Assembly: GCA_946497145.1 (NCBI GenBank) | Contig: CAMMJA010000001.1 | Location: 87,334 to 140,126, forward strand | Length of the DNA stretch: 52,793 bases | DNA from: an uncultured Mycoplasmatota bacterium | Lineage (GTDB): Bacteria > Bacillota_I > Bacilli_A > RF39 > UBA660 | Reading direction: 5' to 3' | In this document: positions 19,860 through 29,784 of the stretch, piece after piece | Position numbering within the stretch: the first letter of the stretch is position 1 | Layout of the letters: the number at the start of each line of letters is the position of its first letter | The notes under the pieces: generated by a model | What the model was told of the DNA's origin: nothing | Seen by the model: only the letters and a program-made list of their open reading frames with translations | Database searches by the model: none | Translations under genes and position numbers: made by a program

Positions 19860-22667
19860 ATGGACAAGATCATTGTCAAAGGCGCAAGAGAAAACAATTT
19901 AAAAAATATTGATATAGAAATTCCAAAAAATAAATTGACAGTTATGACAGGTGTTTCCGGAAGTGGAAAAAGCTCCCTTGCCTTCGATACCATTTATGCG
20001 GAAGGGCAAAGACGTTATGTAGAAAGTTTGTCTGCTTATGCCAGACAGTTTTTGGGTGGTACAGAAAAACCGGATGTCGACAGCATTGAGGGGCTTTCTC
20101 CAGCCATCAGTATCGATCAAAAGACGACCAGCAAAAATCCTCGTTCTACTGTTGGTACGGTGACGGAAATCTACGATTATTTGCGATTGCTTTTTGCAAG
20201 AATTGGTGTTCCTTATTGCCCAGAACACAAGATTCCCATTACTTCACAAAGTGTCGAAGAAATGGTCAATAAGATTATGGAGTATCCAGTAGGAACAAAG
20301 TTGATTATATACGCTCCAGTCGTACATGGAAGCAAAGGAACCCACAAGGATATTTTAGACCAACTTCGCAAAGATGGATTCGCAAGAGTAAGAGTTAATG
20401 GTGAAATACATGATTTAAGTGAAGATATTGTATTAGAAAAAAATAAAAAAGATGCGATCGATGTCGTAGTAGATAGAATTGTGTTAAAAGAAGAAAGTAG
20501 AAGTCGTCTTCATGAATCGATTGAAATTGCGACGAAGTTGGCTGATGGGAAAGTAGTGATCGAATTTGTAGGAGATAAGGAAGTTGTCTTTTCTGAACAT
20601 TTTGCCTGTCCTTACTGCGAATTTTCACTTCCAGAATTAGAACCAAGAATATTTAGTTTTAATGCTCCCTATGGTGCTTGTCCTGATTGTAAGGGTTTAG
20701 GAATCAAACTGCAAATCGATCCAGATTTGGTCATTCCCAATCCAGAACTTAGCATTAAAGAAGGAGCTATTGTGACATTGGGTGACGACGTTGACAACAT
20801 GTATTTTAAAAAATTAGAATGTGTTTGCAAGCACTATAAAATTGATTTGGAAAAGCCGTTCAAGAAGTTGACCAAAAAAGAAAAGGACATTGTTTTGTAT
20901 GGTAGCCCTGAAAAGATTGAATTTCATTTTCAAACCAAAAGTGGAAATACGATGCACAATGTTGACTATTATGAAGGAATTATCAACAATTTGGAACGTC
21001 GCTATATGGAAACGAGCAGTACGTGGATTAGAGAATGGTTAGAAAATTACATGGTAGAACACGATTGCGATAGTTGCCACGGAGCAAGATTAAACGATAG
21101 TGTTTTATCCGTCTTGGTTGGTAAGAAAAACATCTACGAAGTAACCTGTATGAGCATCAAACAATTGATTCCCTTTTTTGACCATTTAAAATTGACGAAG
21201 GAACAACAAGCAATTGCGGATCTTATATTAAAAGAAATTAAATCACGTTTACAATTTTTATCGAATGTAGGACTAGAGTATTTGACCTTAAGTCGAACTG
21301 CTGGAACATTATCAGGTGGGGAAGCCCAAAGAATTCGTTTGGCAACACAAATTGGATCTCGTTTGACTGGTGTGTTATATGTTTTGGATGAACCAAGTAT
21401 TGGTCTACATCAGCGAGATAATGATCGTTTGATTCGCTCCATGCTCGAAATGCGCGACTTGGGAAATACGTTGATTGTCGTAGAACATGATACCGATACG
21501 ATGTTAGCGAGCGACTTTTTGGTAGACATTGGACCAGGTGCCGGAGATCAGGGTGGTGAAGTAGTGGCTCAAGGAACACCAGAAGAAGTCATGAAGAACG
21601 AAAAAAGTATTACTGGACGTTATTTGAGTGGGAAAGAATGTATTGAAGTTCCAAAAAAGAGAAGAAAAGGAAATAAAAAATATTTGGAAGTCAAAGGTGC
21701 TCAAGAAAATAACTTGAAGAATATCGATGTAAAAATACCACTTGGGACCTTTACTTGTATTACAGGAGTTTCAGGTAGTGGTAAAAGTAGTTTGATTAAC
21801 GAAATTTTATGTAAAGCCGTATCAAATCATCTATACCGTTCCAAAGAAAAACCAGGAAAGCATAAAAAAGTATTAGGAATGGAAAACGTCGATAAATTGG
21901 TAGAAATTTCCCAAAATCCAATCGGACGTACGCCAAGAAGTAACCCTGCAACGTACACGGGCGTGTTCGACGATATCAGAGAACTGTTTACCAATACCAA
22001 AGAAGCCAAGATGTATGGATTTGAAAAGAATCGTTTCTCTTTTAATGTCAAAGGTGGACGATGTGAAGCGTGCCGTGGAGATGGCGTAAAGAAGATTGAG
22101 ATGCATTTTTTACCCGATGTCTACGTTCCTTGTGAGGTGTGTCATGGTACCAGATACAACCAAGAAACACTTAAAATTAAGTACAAAGGAAAAAATATTG
22201 CAGACGTACTCGACATGCGGGTAACAGAAGCGTTGACGTTTTTTGAAAATGTACCCAAAATTAAGACAAAATTACAAGTACTAGAAGATGTAGGACTTGG
22301 ATATATTAAATTAGGACAAAGTGCGCCAACTTTATCTGGTGGAGAAGCCGAACGTGTGAAACTAGCCAAAGAACTTCAAAAACGTGCGACTGGAAAAACA
22401 CTGTTTGTGTTGGATGAACCGACCACTGGATTACATTCAAGCGACATTAAAAGATTGCTTGCAATTCTTCAAAAAATAGTAGATAATAATGATACAGTAG
22501 TCGTGATAGAACATAACTTGGATGTGATCAAAGTAGCAGATTACATCATAGATTTGGGACCAGAAGGTGGAGATTTGGGTGGTGAGATTGTGGCCCAAGG
22601 AACACCAGAAGAAGTATCCAAAGTAGAAAAATCTTATACCGGTCAGTTTTTAAAGAAAATATTATGA
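19860..22667 (+). CDS. uvrA: Excinuclease ABC subunit A
   Basis: [10 protein letters not shown], two [10 protein letters not shown] Walker A, zinc fingers, LSGGEAQR. Confidence 0.99.
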   Translation: MDKIIVKGARENNLKNIDIEIPKNKLTVMTGVSGSGKSSLAFDTIYAEGQRRYVESLSAYARQFLGGTEKPDVDSIEGLSPAISIDQKTTSKNPRSTVGTVTEIYDYLRLLFARIGVPYCPEHKIPITSQSVEEMVNKIMEYPVGTKLIIYAPVVHGSKGTHKDILDQLRKDGFARVRVNGEIHDLSEDIVLEKNKKDAIDVVVDRIVLKEESRSRLHESIEIATKLADGKVVIEFVGDKEVVFSEHFACPYCEFSLPELEPRIFSFNAPYGACPDCKGLGIKLQIDPDLVIPNPELSIKEGAIVTLGDDVDNMYFKKLECVCKHYKIDLEKPFKKLTKKEKDIVLYGSPEKIEFHFQTKSGNTMHNVDYYEGIINNLERRYMETSSTWIREWLENYMVEHDCDSCHGARLNDSVLSVLVGKKNIYEVTCMSIKQLIPFFDHLKLTKEQQAIADLILKEIKSRLQFLSNVGLEYLTLSRTAGTLSGGEAQRIRLATQIGSRLTGVLYVLDEPSIGLHQRDNDRLIRSMLEMRDLGNTLIVVEHDTDTMLASDFLVDIGPGAGDQGGEVVAQGTPEEVMKNEKSITGRYLSGKECIEVPKKRRKGNKKYLEVKGAQENNLKNIDVKIPLGTFTCITGVSGSGKSSLINEILCKAVSNHLYRSKEKPGKHKKVLGMENVDKLVEISQNPIGRTPRSNPATYTGVFDDIRELFTNTKEAKMYGFEKNRFSFNVKGGRCEACRGDGVKKIEMHFLPDVYVPCEVCHGTRYNQETLKIKYKGKNIADVLDMRVTEALTFFENVPKIKTKLQVLEDVGLGYIKLGQSAPTLSGGEAERVKLAKELQKRATGKTLFVLDEPTTGLHSSDIKRLLAILQKIVDNNDTVVVIEHNLDVIKVADYIIDLGPEGGDLGGEIVAQGTPEEVSKVEKSYTGQFLKKIL

Positions 22668-22677
22668 GGTGAGAAAA

Positions 22678-23106
22678 ATGAAGATGATCGTCAAGGGGAA
22701 AAATAATCAATTGCATATCAATCAGTTCTTTGAATGGTTGATTTACTTGGTTGGTTATACTTTGGTATTTTTAGGAATATCGGCTTTGTTTCGCTCGTTT
22801 AACATCGATAAAAGTTATTATGGATTGTACGGCTTTTTGGCAGTACTGATCATTTCTATCTTGAATAAGACTATCAAGCCCATTTTAGTTCGCTTGACGA
22901 TTCCGATTACTGGACTTACTCTTGGCTTGTTTTATCCTTGTATCAATTTGTTCATTTTAAAACTAACGGACTGGATTTTAGGAAGTCATTTTAACCTAGA
23001 AAATATTTGGATTGCCTTTTTCATTGCGATTTTAATCTCTATCATGAATCTTTTGATGGAAAACTTGATCATCAAACCAATTTTAAGGAAGGTGCGTCAT
23101 GAGTAG
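22678..23106 (+). CDS. YvlD-like 4-TM membrane protein (phage holin family superfamily IV)
   Basis: LNKTIKPILVRLTIPITGLTLGLF..IN motif; position between uvrA and lgt. Confidence 0.85.
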   Translation: MKMIVKGKNNQLHINQFFEWLIYLVGYTLVFLGISALFRSFNIDKSYYGLYGFLAVLIISILNKTIKPILVRLTIPITGLTLGLFYPCINLFILKLTDWILGSHFNLENIWIAFFIAILISIMNLLMENLIIKPILRKVRHE

Positions 23107-23911
23107 AATCGCGTTGGATCTTGGCTTTATTCAAATTTACTGGTATTCTCTGTTCATCTTTTTAGGTATTTTAGCAGCCCTCTTAGTTTGCTACTTTGAA
23201 GTAAAGAAAAAAAAGATCGATCAAACATTCTTTTTCAACATGGTTTTCTATGGAATTATCGTTGCTTTTATTGGGGCAAGATTGTATTATGTCGGGTTTA
23301 ATCTAGATTATTATTTACAAAATCCTATTGAAATACTAGAAGTTTGGAATGGTGGTTTGGCCATTCATGGAGGTATTTTAGCAGCCGGCTTGTTTATTCT
23401 TCTATATTGTAAAAAACATAAACAAAAGACCTTAAAAATTATGGATATTTTGGTTGTGGGACTCATTTTAGGACAAGCAATTGGACGATGGGGAAACTTC
23501 TTTAATCAAGAGGCGTTTGGACAGATTACCACTGAAGCCGCTTTAATTGCAGCCAAAGTACCTCGTTTTATCATTGATCAAATGTATATCAATGGTGCTT
23601 ATCGTCAGCCAACTTTTCTTTACGAATCTATTTGGAACTTGTTTGGTTTTGTCGCCTTATTAATGATACGTAGATATAAATATTTGAAAAATGGCCAACT
23701 TACTGGTGTATATTTGATGTGGTATTCAACAGGAAGATGCATTATTGAGGGGTTCCGCAGTGATAGTTTAATGTTAGGACAGTTTAAAATTGCTCAAATT
23801 GTATCGATTGTTTTGTTTGTAGTTGGTTTGTTTTTATTTTTCTTTTGTAAAAGGGGATCAAGGTTTACGAATTTGTATCGGGAGGAAGAACAAAATGAAG
23901 TTAGATTTTGA
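23099..23911 (+). CDS. lgt: Prolipoprotein diacylglyceryl transferase
   Basis: GARLYYV, GGLAIHGG, QAIGRWGNFFNQEAFG, PTFLYES. Confidence 0.97.
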   Translation: MSRIALDLGFIQIYWYSLFIFLGILAALLVCYFEVKKKKIDQTFFFNMVFYGIIVAFIGARLYYVGFNLDYYLQNPIEILEVWNGGLAIHGGILAAGLFILLYCKKHKQKTLKIMDILVVGLILGQAIGRWGNFFNQEAFGQITTEAALIAAKVPRFIIDQMYINGAYRQPTFLYESIWNLFGFVALLMIRRYKYLKNGQLTGVYLMWYSTGRCIIEGFRSDSLMLGQFKIAQIVSIVLFVVGLFLFFFCKRGSRFTNLYREEEQNEVRF

Positions 23912-24815
23912 TGTAGTGATTGTTGGTGCAGGTGTGGCTGGAATGACGGCAGCAATTTATTTGAAAAGAGCAAACATCAATTGTTGTATCGTAGAAAAAG
24001 ATGCACCGGGAGGTCAAATTAACAAGACCTCTACCATCGAAAATTATCCTGGTCTAATCGATATTACAGGGCCAGAATTGGCGTTTCAAATGTACGAACA
24101 ACTTCAAAATTTAAACGCTCCTTATCACTATGGGAACGTATTAGCAATTGAAGATCACAAAGATTATAAAATAGTAAAAACAGATCAAGAAGAACTCACT
24201 TGTAAAGGTGTGATATTGGCCATCGGTCGTGTTCCAAGAAAACTAGGTATTCCATTAGAAGAAGAACTTTCAGGAAAAGGAATTAGTTGGTGTGCCATCT
24301 GTGATGGACCGCTTTATAAAAACTTAAATGTTGCTGTTGTAGGTGGTGGTAACAGCAGTTTAGAAGAAGCGCTTTATCTTGCGCAACTATGTAAGAAAGT
24401 GACGATCATCCATCGAAAAGATACTTTTACCGCTCAACAATATCTCGTTCAGAAAGTTCAAAAAACCAAAAATATTAAAGTGTTGTTTCATACAGAAGTA
24501 GTAGAATTTAAACAAAAAGATCAAAAATTAGATGGTGTTGTATTGCTAAACAATCAAACTCATAAAAAAAGAACGATGAAAGTACAAGGATGCTTCCTCT
24601 ACATTGGATATATTCCAAATACGCAAAACTTTTCTTCTTTAGGAATTTTAAATGCCAATGGCTATATTCAAACAGATGACTCTGGAAGAACCAAAGTGCC
24701 CTTTATTTATGGCGCGGGAGATGTTGTAGAAAAAGAATTGTATCAAATTGTGACAGCGACCAGTTCAGGCGCTGAAGCAGCAACTAGTTTTATTAAAGAT
24801 TTTGAGCATCAATAA
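23895..24815 (+). CDS. trxB: Thioredoxin reductase
   Basis: GAGVAG FAD motif, IENYPG, CAICDG redox motif, GGGNS. Confidence 0.93.
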   Translation: MKLDFDVVIVGAGVAGMTAAIYLKRANINCCIVEKDAPGGQINKTSTIENYPGLIDITGPELAFQMYEQLQNLNAPYHYGNVLAIEDHKDYKIVKTDQEELTCKGVILAIGRVPRKLGIPLEEELSGKGISWCAICDGPLYKNLNVAVVGGGNSSLEEALYLAQLCKKVTIIHRKDTFTAQQYLVQKVQKTKNIKVLFHTEVVEFKQKDQKLDGVVLLNNQTHKKRTMKVQGCFLYIGYIPNTQNFSSLGILNANGYIQTDDSGRTKVPFIYGAGDVVEKELYQIVTATSSGAEAATSFIKDFEHQ

Positions 24816-25026
24816 AATAGAAAAGCACTTTTGTGAAGTGTTTTTTGTTTGCCAAAATCTGTATATAAAAGTTGACAATGCATGTTAAAGTTATTGGAAA
24901 ATCTTGACACGAGGAAGAGTTGAAATTTATAATAGTAAAGAATAGAATGTGGAAAATATGACAAAATAAATAACGTCTTTGGATTTATAAGCATGTTGCG
25001 TAATATTGCTAGAGTAGTAGTGGGAT

Positions 25027-26979
25027 ATGAATAAGAGGCAGAAGAAAAAGGAAACGTTTAAAGATTGGTTAAAACGTTTTGTAACGATAAAACACGCATA
25101 CTTGCTACTATTGGTTGTAATTAGTATTGGAATTTGTGGAGTGTACTTTAGTTATGCGCTTTTTAGTGCATCAGTTGAGAAAAAAGGGGCTTTAAACATT
25201 GTGACTGGCAATTTATATACTTATTTGACGAGCGATGCTTTAAATAGCAGTAATCGTATTACGGTTGCGGGATCTACCACCAAAACATTTGATCTTGTTT
25301 TAGAAAACATTAATAGTGTCGATGCAAAATTTAATTTGTATTACAAAGGAACAACTACTTTGCCAAGCACAGTAAAGGTGGGGTATTCTGGTATCAACGA
25401 TGCGCCACCATCAGCAAGTGGAACGACGATATCGAAATATGGTAGTAGTTCGAATAAGAAAACCGTAAGAGTTGTCATCGAAAATAAAAGTTATACTTCT
25501 TATACGATAGAATTTGGAAGTGCAGTAGGACTAAGTAATACTAGTATATCAGTACCAAGTGGCTATACGGCTTTAACACAGGTCGTAGATATTCCAAATG
25601 CTCCAGTGTTAGAAGAAGGTATGATTCCAGTTAGATGGAATGGGAGTTATTGGGTAAAGACAACCTTAACAGATAAAGCATATTATGATTATTCTGATCA
25701 ACAATGGGCGAATGCGGTCATCATGCAGCCATGTGCTAAACGAGGAGATGCTGATCAAGATGGTGTAGTTACGATTGATGATGTCAATTTGGTATTCGCT
25801 TGGGCAGTGGGAGCAGAAACAAAGCCATCAAACGCAGTAAGTTTAGCTGATGTGAACGATGATGGATCGATCAATTCCTTTGATGCTTCGTTGATTCAAA
25901 AAATTGCAAATGGGCAGGTAACTGTATTAGATGGAGAAGAAATCAGTACGAGAGCATGTAAGTATAAGACTCCAGGTGAATATGCTGAAGCGGCTAATAG
26001 TACTATTATCTATATGGAAGATATTCAATCTATGTGGGTATGGATTCCAAGATATGAATACCAATACACGAATTTAGGAACGAGTTATGCAGGAGGAACG
26101 AAGGCACAACCAGGAGAAATAAAAGTGAACTTTTTAGAGGATACGAGAACAAAGGTGACAAGTTCATCTTATAAAGTACATCCTGCCTTTAATTTTGGAG
26201 GAGAAGAACTAGAAGGAATTTGGGTAGGAAAGTTTGAAACTGGCTATCGTCAAGATGGTTGGGACACTAGTTGGACAAAAACCGGAGCCGAAAAAAACAC
26301 GACAGATGAAGATAGAGTAGTGATTAAGCCCAATGTATATAGTTGGAGAAATAATACTTTATCACATATGCATACAGTAGCATTAGCAAACGATTCTCAT
26401 CTTATGAAAAATAGCGAATGGGGAGCGGTGGCATATTTAACACAAAGTCGTTATGGAAAATATGGGAATAGTTCTTATTCGGGCGCAAATAAAGAGGTAT
26501 ATAAGAATTCAAACAATACGTATAAAACAGGATGTTCTGGCGGATCACCTACTGCAACAAGTTCCACAACATGTTATACTTATAGTTCTTCAACGAGTGG
26601 AACAGGGGCAAGTAGTACTGGAACTGTTTATGGCGTTTATGACATGAACGGCGGAACTAGAGAATATACGATGGGAAATTATAATGGGACAATTGGAAGT
26701 TCTGGATTTTCGTCTTTGCCGAATAGTAAGTATTATGATAGATATACTTCAACTACGGTGTCAAGCGCATGTAGTGGAGGTGTTTGTTATGGGCATGCTT
26801 TAAGTGAAACATCTGGTTGGTATAACGACGGAACAGATACGCTTTCTTCTAGTTATCCATGGTATACAAGAGGTGGATACAATGCTGATAGTACTAGTAC
26901 AAGTGGAATATTTCGTATGTACACACGGAATGGGAGTGCTAACGTATCAAATGGTTTTCGCTTTGTTCGAGGAACATAA
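25027..26979 (+). CDS. Membrane-anchored surface protein with inserted dockerin-like domain and C-terminal C-type-lectin/FGE-like domain
   Basis: Basic N-terminus, TM, SYA; GDADQDGVVTIDDV and ADVNDDGSINSFDA duplicated Ca-loops; MWVWIPRY, HPAF, WVGKFE, KNSEWGAVAYL, GVYDMNGG..EY, RGG, GFR. Confidence 0.75.
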   Translation: MNKRQKKKETFKDWLKRFVTIKHAYLLLLVVISIGICGVYFSYALFSASVEKKGALNIVTGNLYTYLTSDALNSSNRITVAGSTTKTFDLVLENINSVDAKFNLYYKGTTTLPSTVKVGYSGINDAPPSASGTTISKYGSSSNKKTVRVVIENKSYTSYTIEFGSAVGLSNTSISVPSGYTALTQVVDIPNAPVLEEGMIPVRWNGSYWVKTTLTDKAYYDYSDQQWANAVIMQPCAKRGDADQDGVVTIDDVNLVFAWAVGAETKPSNAVSLADVNDDGSINSFDASLIQKIANGQVTVLDGEEISTRACKYKTPGEYAEAANSTIIYMEDIQSMWVWIPRYEYQYTNLGTSYAGGTKAQPGEIKVNFLEDTRTKVTSSSYKVHPAFNFGGEELEGIWVGKFETGYRQDGWDTSWTKTGAEKNTTDEDRVVIKPNVYSWRNNTLSHMHTVALANDSHLMKNSEWGAVAYLTQSRYGKYGNSSYSGANKEVYKNSNNTYKTGCSGGSPTATSSTTCYTYSSSTSGTGASSTGTVYGVYDMNGGTREYTMGNYNGTIGSSGFSSLPNSKYYDRYTSTTVSSACSGGVCYGHALSETSGWYNDGTDTLSSSYPWYTRGGYNADSTSTSGIFRMYTRNGSANVSNGFRFVRGT

Positions 26980-27000
26980 GATAACTTTTGTTATCTTTTT
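26978..27000 (+). terminator. Intrinsic terminator
   Basis: AAGATAAC-TTTT-GTTATCTT followed by T run. Confidence 0.7.
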
Positions 27001-27041
27001 TCTTTGAATTTATAGTATAATAACAGTAAGGAGTGATAGTA

Positions 27042-27998
27042 GTGTACAAGAAAGTTGTGGTCCTAGGAGGAGGAACTGGAATTTCTTATTTGTTAAAGGG
27101 CTTAAAAGATTTTCCTTTAAATATTACGGCTGTGATTACAGTGGCAGACAATGGTAAGTCTACTGGTATCTTAAGAAAGGAATTTAATATTCCGGCAGTG
27201 GGGGATATTAGAAAGGTGATTAGTAATTTATCAAGCATCGATCCATCTATCAAATCGATGATGGAATATCGTTTTAATACATCAAGTGATTTAAATGGTC
27301 ATGCGTTAGGAAACTTAATTTTGACGGCCATGTTAGATATTACAGGTAGTTTGAAAGATTCGATTGCGGCACTTAGCAAATTGCTCGATGTGAAACATAC
27401 TGTTTTACCGATTTCAGAAGATTGTGCTTTGACATTGATGGGTGAAACGATAGAAGGCGATATCATCGAAGGTGAGTCACAAATTACTGCCAGTCATAAA
27501 AAATTTAAAAGGGTGTTCTACAAAGAGGAACCAGAAGTTGTTCCAGAAGTATTAAAGGCATTAGAGGATGCCGATTTGATTATTTTTAGTATGGGTAGTT
27601 TGTATACGAGTATTTTACCCCATTTAATTTGTAAAAAAATTATCGATACGATTGATCATAGCAAAGCCAAACTCATGTATTTATGCAACGCTATGACACA
27701 ACCAGGAGAAACCGATCACTTTGGCGTGAGTGACCACGTTAAGTTGTTGAACGAATATTTGGGAAAGAAAAAAGTTGACGTAGTAGTTGCCAGCAACACG
27801 AAAATCGATGAGACAATTGCTAGAAAATATGAATCAGAAGAACAAAAAGACCCTGTTTTTATCGATCGAAAAGAACTTTCTAATATGAATTTAGAACTAT
27901 TAGAAGATGACCTTCTTACTTTAGCGGAAGATGGAACGTTAAAACACAATGGACTTAAGTTAAGTAGTATCATTTTCTCTTATCTAATGAGGGATTGA
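27042..27998 (+). CDS. yvcK: YvcK/GlmR UDP-GlcNAc-binding gluconeogenesis morphogenetic factor
   Basis: GGGTG, ITVADNG.STG, GDIR, GHALGNL, GSLYTSILP, MTQPGET. Confidence 0.93.
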   Translation: MYKKVVVLGGGTGISYLLKGLKDFPLNITAVITVADNGKSTGILRKEFNIPAVGDIRKVISNLSSIDPSIKSMMEYRFNTSSDLNGHALGNLILTAMLDITGSLKDSIAALSKLLDVKHTVLPISEDCALTLMGETIEGDIIEGESQITASHKKFKRVFYKEEPEVVPEVLKALEDADLIIFSMGSLYTSILPHLICKKIIDTIDHSKAKLMYLCNAMTQPGETDHFGVSDHVKLLNEYLGKKKVDVVVASNTKIDETIARKYESEEQKDPVFIDRKELSNMNLELLEDDLLTLAEDGTLKHNGLKLSSIIFSYLMRD

Positions 27999-27999
27999 T

Positions 28000-28950
28000 A
28001 TGTCGTTTACTACACAAATAAAAAATGAAATTTCTCAAATAGAAGTGAGCGAATCAGAAAAAATCGCCGAATTATCCGCTTTTGTAAAAAATAACGCGAC
28101 GATCGAAGATGAAAAAATTATTTTGACGACAGAAAACAACAATATTGCCAAGCGTATTGGTACATTTTTACAGGAATGTTTTGATGTGTCCATCAAAGTC
28201 GATACGATCAAACAAGTAACGCTCCATAAAAATGAATTGTATTTGTTGACGGTTACGGATAAAATTGATTTTTTGTTACAATCTCTTTCAATTTATGACG
28301 AAGCAAACCATAAAAGGGAAGTACCAGAAGAATACATTGTTGGTGCCAACGAAGAAATTAGGGCATATTTGCGTGGGTGCTTTCTATGCCAAGGAAGTAT
28401 CAACGATCCTAAGACATCTCGCTACCACATGGAACTTTTGATTTCAGAACCAAAAGAAGCAGTATTTGTACAGAAACTTTTAAATTTATTTGATTTAAAT
28501 GCCAAGTTGTTAAGCCGAGACAAGGGCTACATGATCTATTTAAAAGAAGCCGAGAAAATCAGTGATTTCTTAAAATTGATGAAGGCCTATAAAGCCGTCA
28601 TGTACTTTGAAGATGTCAGAGTGTATCGCGATCAAAAAAATAGAACCAATCGTCTTAATAATTGTGAACAGGCCAATACAGATAAAATTGTTCAAACAGC
28701 CAACGAACAAATTAAATATATTCGCATTTTACAAGAAAATGTGGGAATTGATCTTTTGGATGAGAAAACACAAGAAGCACTAGAATATCGTTTAAAATAT
28801 CCGGAAGCATCTCTTCAGGAGTTAAGCGAAATTATTTCCTTGGAAACAGGAAACAAAATCACCAAATCGGGACTCAATCATCGTTTTCGCAAAATAAAAG
28901 AACTTGCTATGAAGTTTGTCAAGAACAAAGAGATAAGTAAAAATGAATAA
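28000..28950 (+). CDS. whiA: DNA-binding protein WhiA
   Basis: MSF...KNE, YLRGCFL..GSINDP, NRLNNCEQAN, TKSGLNHR. Confidence 0.95.
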   Translation: MSFTTQIKNEISQIEVSESEKIAELSAFVKNNATIEDEKIILTTENNNIAKRIGTFLQECFDVSIKVDTIKQVTLHKNELYLLTVTDKIDFLLQSLSIYDEANHKREVPEEYIVGANEEIRAYLRGCFLCQGSINDPKTSRYHMELLISEPKEAVFVQKLLNLFDLNAKLLSRDKGYMIYLKEAEKISDFLKLMKAYKAVMYFEDVRVYRDQKNRTNRLNNCEQANTDKIVQTANEQIKYIRILQENVGIDLLDEKTQEALEYRLKYPEASLQELSEIISLETGNKITKSGLNHRFRKIKELAMKFVKNKEISKNE

Positions 28951-29050
28951 AACAATCAATCCGATGATTACATTGTAATTGCCTTATACTTTTTCATAAA
29001 GAAAGAATACAATTGGTTATTGGATAAATGTCAATCTGTTAACATTTGAT

Positions 29051-29099
29051 ATAAAAATAGTATGAAATGTGTCAAATACGCATTTCATACTATTTTTAT
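29051..29099. terminator. Long bidirectional terminator hairpin between whiA and clpP
   Basis: 22-bp inverted repeat ATAAAAATAGTATGAAATGTGT / ACGCATTTCATACTATTTTTAT with one G-U, 5-nt loop. Confidence 0.75.
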
Positions 29100-29677
29100 T
29101 GCTTTTTCTCGATGATGGCATCGATAATTCCATATTCTAATGCTTCCTTTGCATCCAAAAAGTGATCTCTTTCAGTATCAAACTCGATGGTTTTGAGTTC
29201 TTGATTCGTGTTCTTGGCTAAAATATGGTTGAGTTTATCTTTTAATTTCAATATACGTTCAGCAGCAATTTTAATTTCTGTTGCTTGCCCTTGTGCTCCT
29301 CCCAATGGCTGGTGGATCATGACCTCGGCATTAGGAAGGCAAAAACGTTTTCCTTTCTCACCACAGGAAAGCAAGAAAGCACCCATCGATGCCGCCATTC
29401 CGACGCAAATCGTCGAAACAGAACTTTTGACAAAGTTCATCGTATCATAAATTGCCATACCTGATGTGATAGAGCCGCCTGGAGAATTAATGTAGATACT
29501 AATATCATCATGATTGATAGAATCTAAATAAAGTAGTTGAGCAACGACGACATTCGCCAGTTGATCGTTGATTTCGCCACTTAATAAAATGATACGATCT
29601 TTTAATAATCTTGAAAAAATATCATAACTACGTTCGCCATTGCTTTCTTTTTCGATAATTACGGGTACCAAATTCAT
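29096..29677 (-). CDS. clpP: ATP-dependent Clp protease proteolytic subunit
   Basis: [30 protein letters not shown]. Confidence 0.97.
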   Translation of the reverse strand: MNLVPVIIEKESNGERSYDIFSRLLKDRIILLSGEINDQLANVVVAQLLYLDSINHDDISIYINSPGGSITSGMAIYDTMNFVKSSVSTICVGMAASMGAFLLSCGEKGKRFCLPNAEVMIHQPLGGAQGQATEIKIAAERILKLKDKLNHILAKNTNQELKTIEFDTERDHFLDAKEALEYGIIDAIIEKKQ

Positions 29678-29784
29678 TTTTATCACCTATCACTATATTA
29701 AGAAAAAAAACACCGTTTTATACATATAATATTTCGTCAAAATATGATACAATAAATTTGTATACAATAAAGATAGGTGATAAA

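Noticed and set aside
19556-22369. Numerous short antisense/overlapping ORFs here and across uvrB, gap, pgk and ribosomal genes
   Set aside because: Shadows of well-supported genes, without RBS or recognisable motifs
22678-23106. Prophage lysis gene
   Set aside because: Holin-family label only; YvlD is a conserved chromosomal gene at this position and no phage genes are nearby
24830-25026. Riboswitch upstream of the 650-aa surface protein
   Set aside because: Contains the trxB terminator and sigmaA-like elements, but no recognisable aptamer consensus
26700-27030. Complete diversity-generating retroelement around the 650-aa gene
   Set aside because: No reverse transcriptase, avd gene or template repeat visible in the window; only the target-like fold is supported
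29690-29725. Sporulation sigma promoter for clpP
   Set aside because: GTATA...AATATAGT spacing of 19 nt and -10 mismatch are too poor
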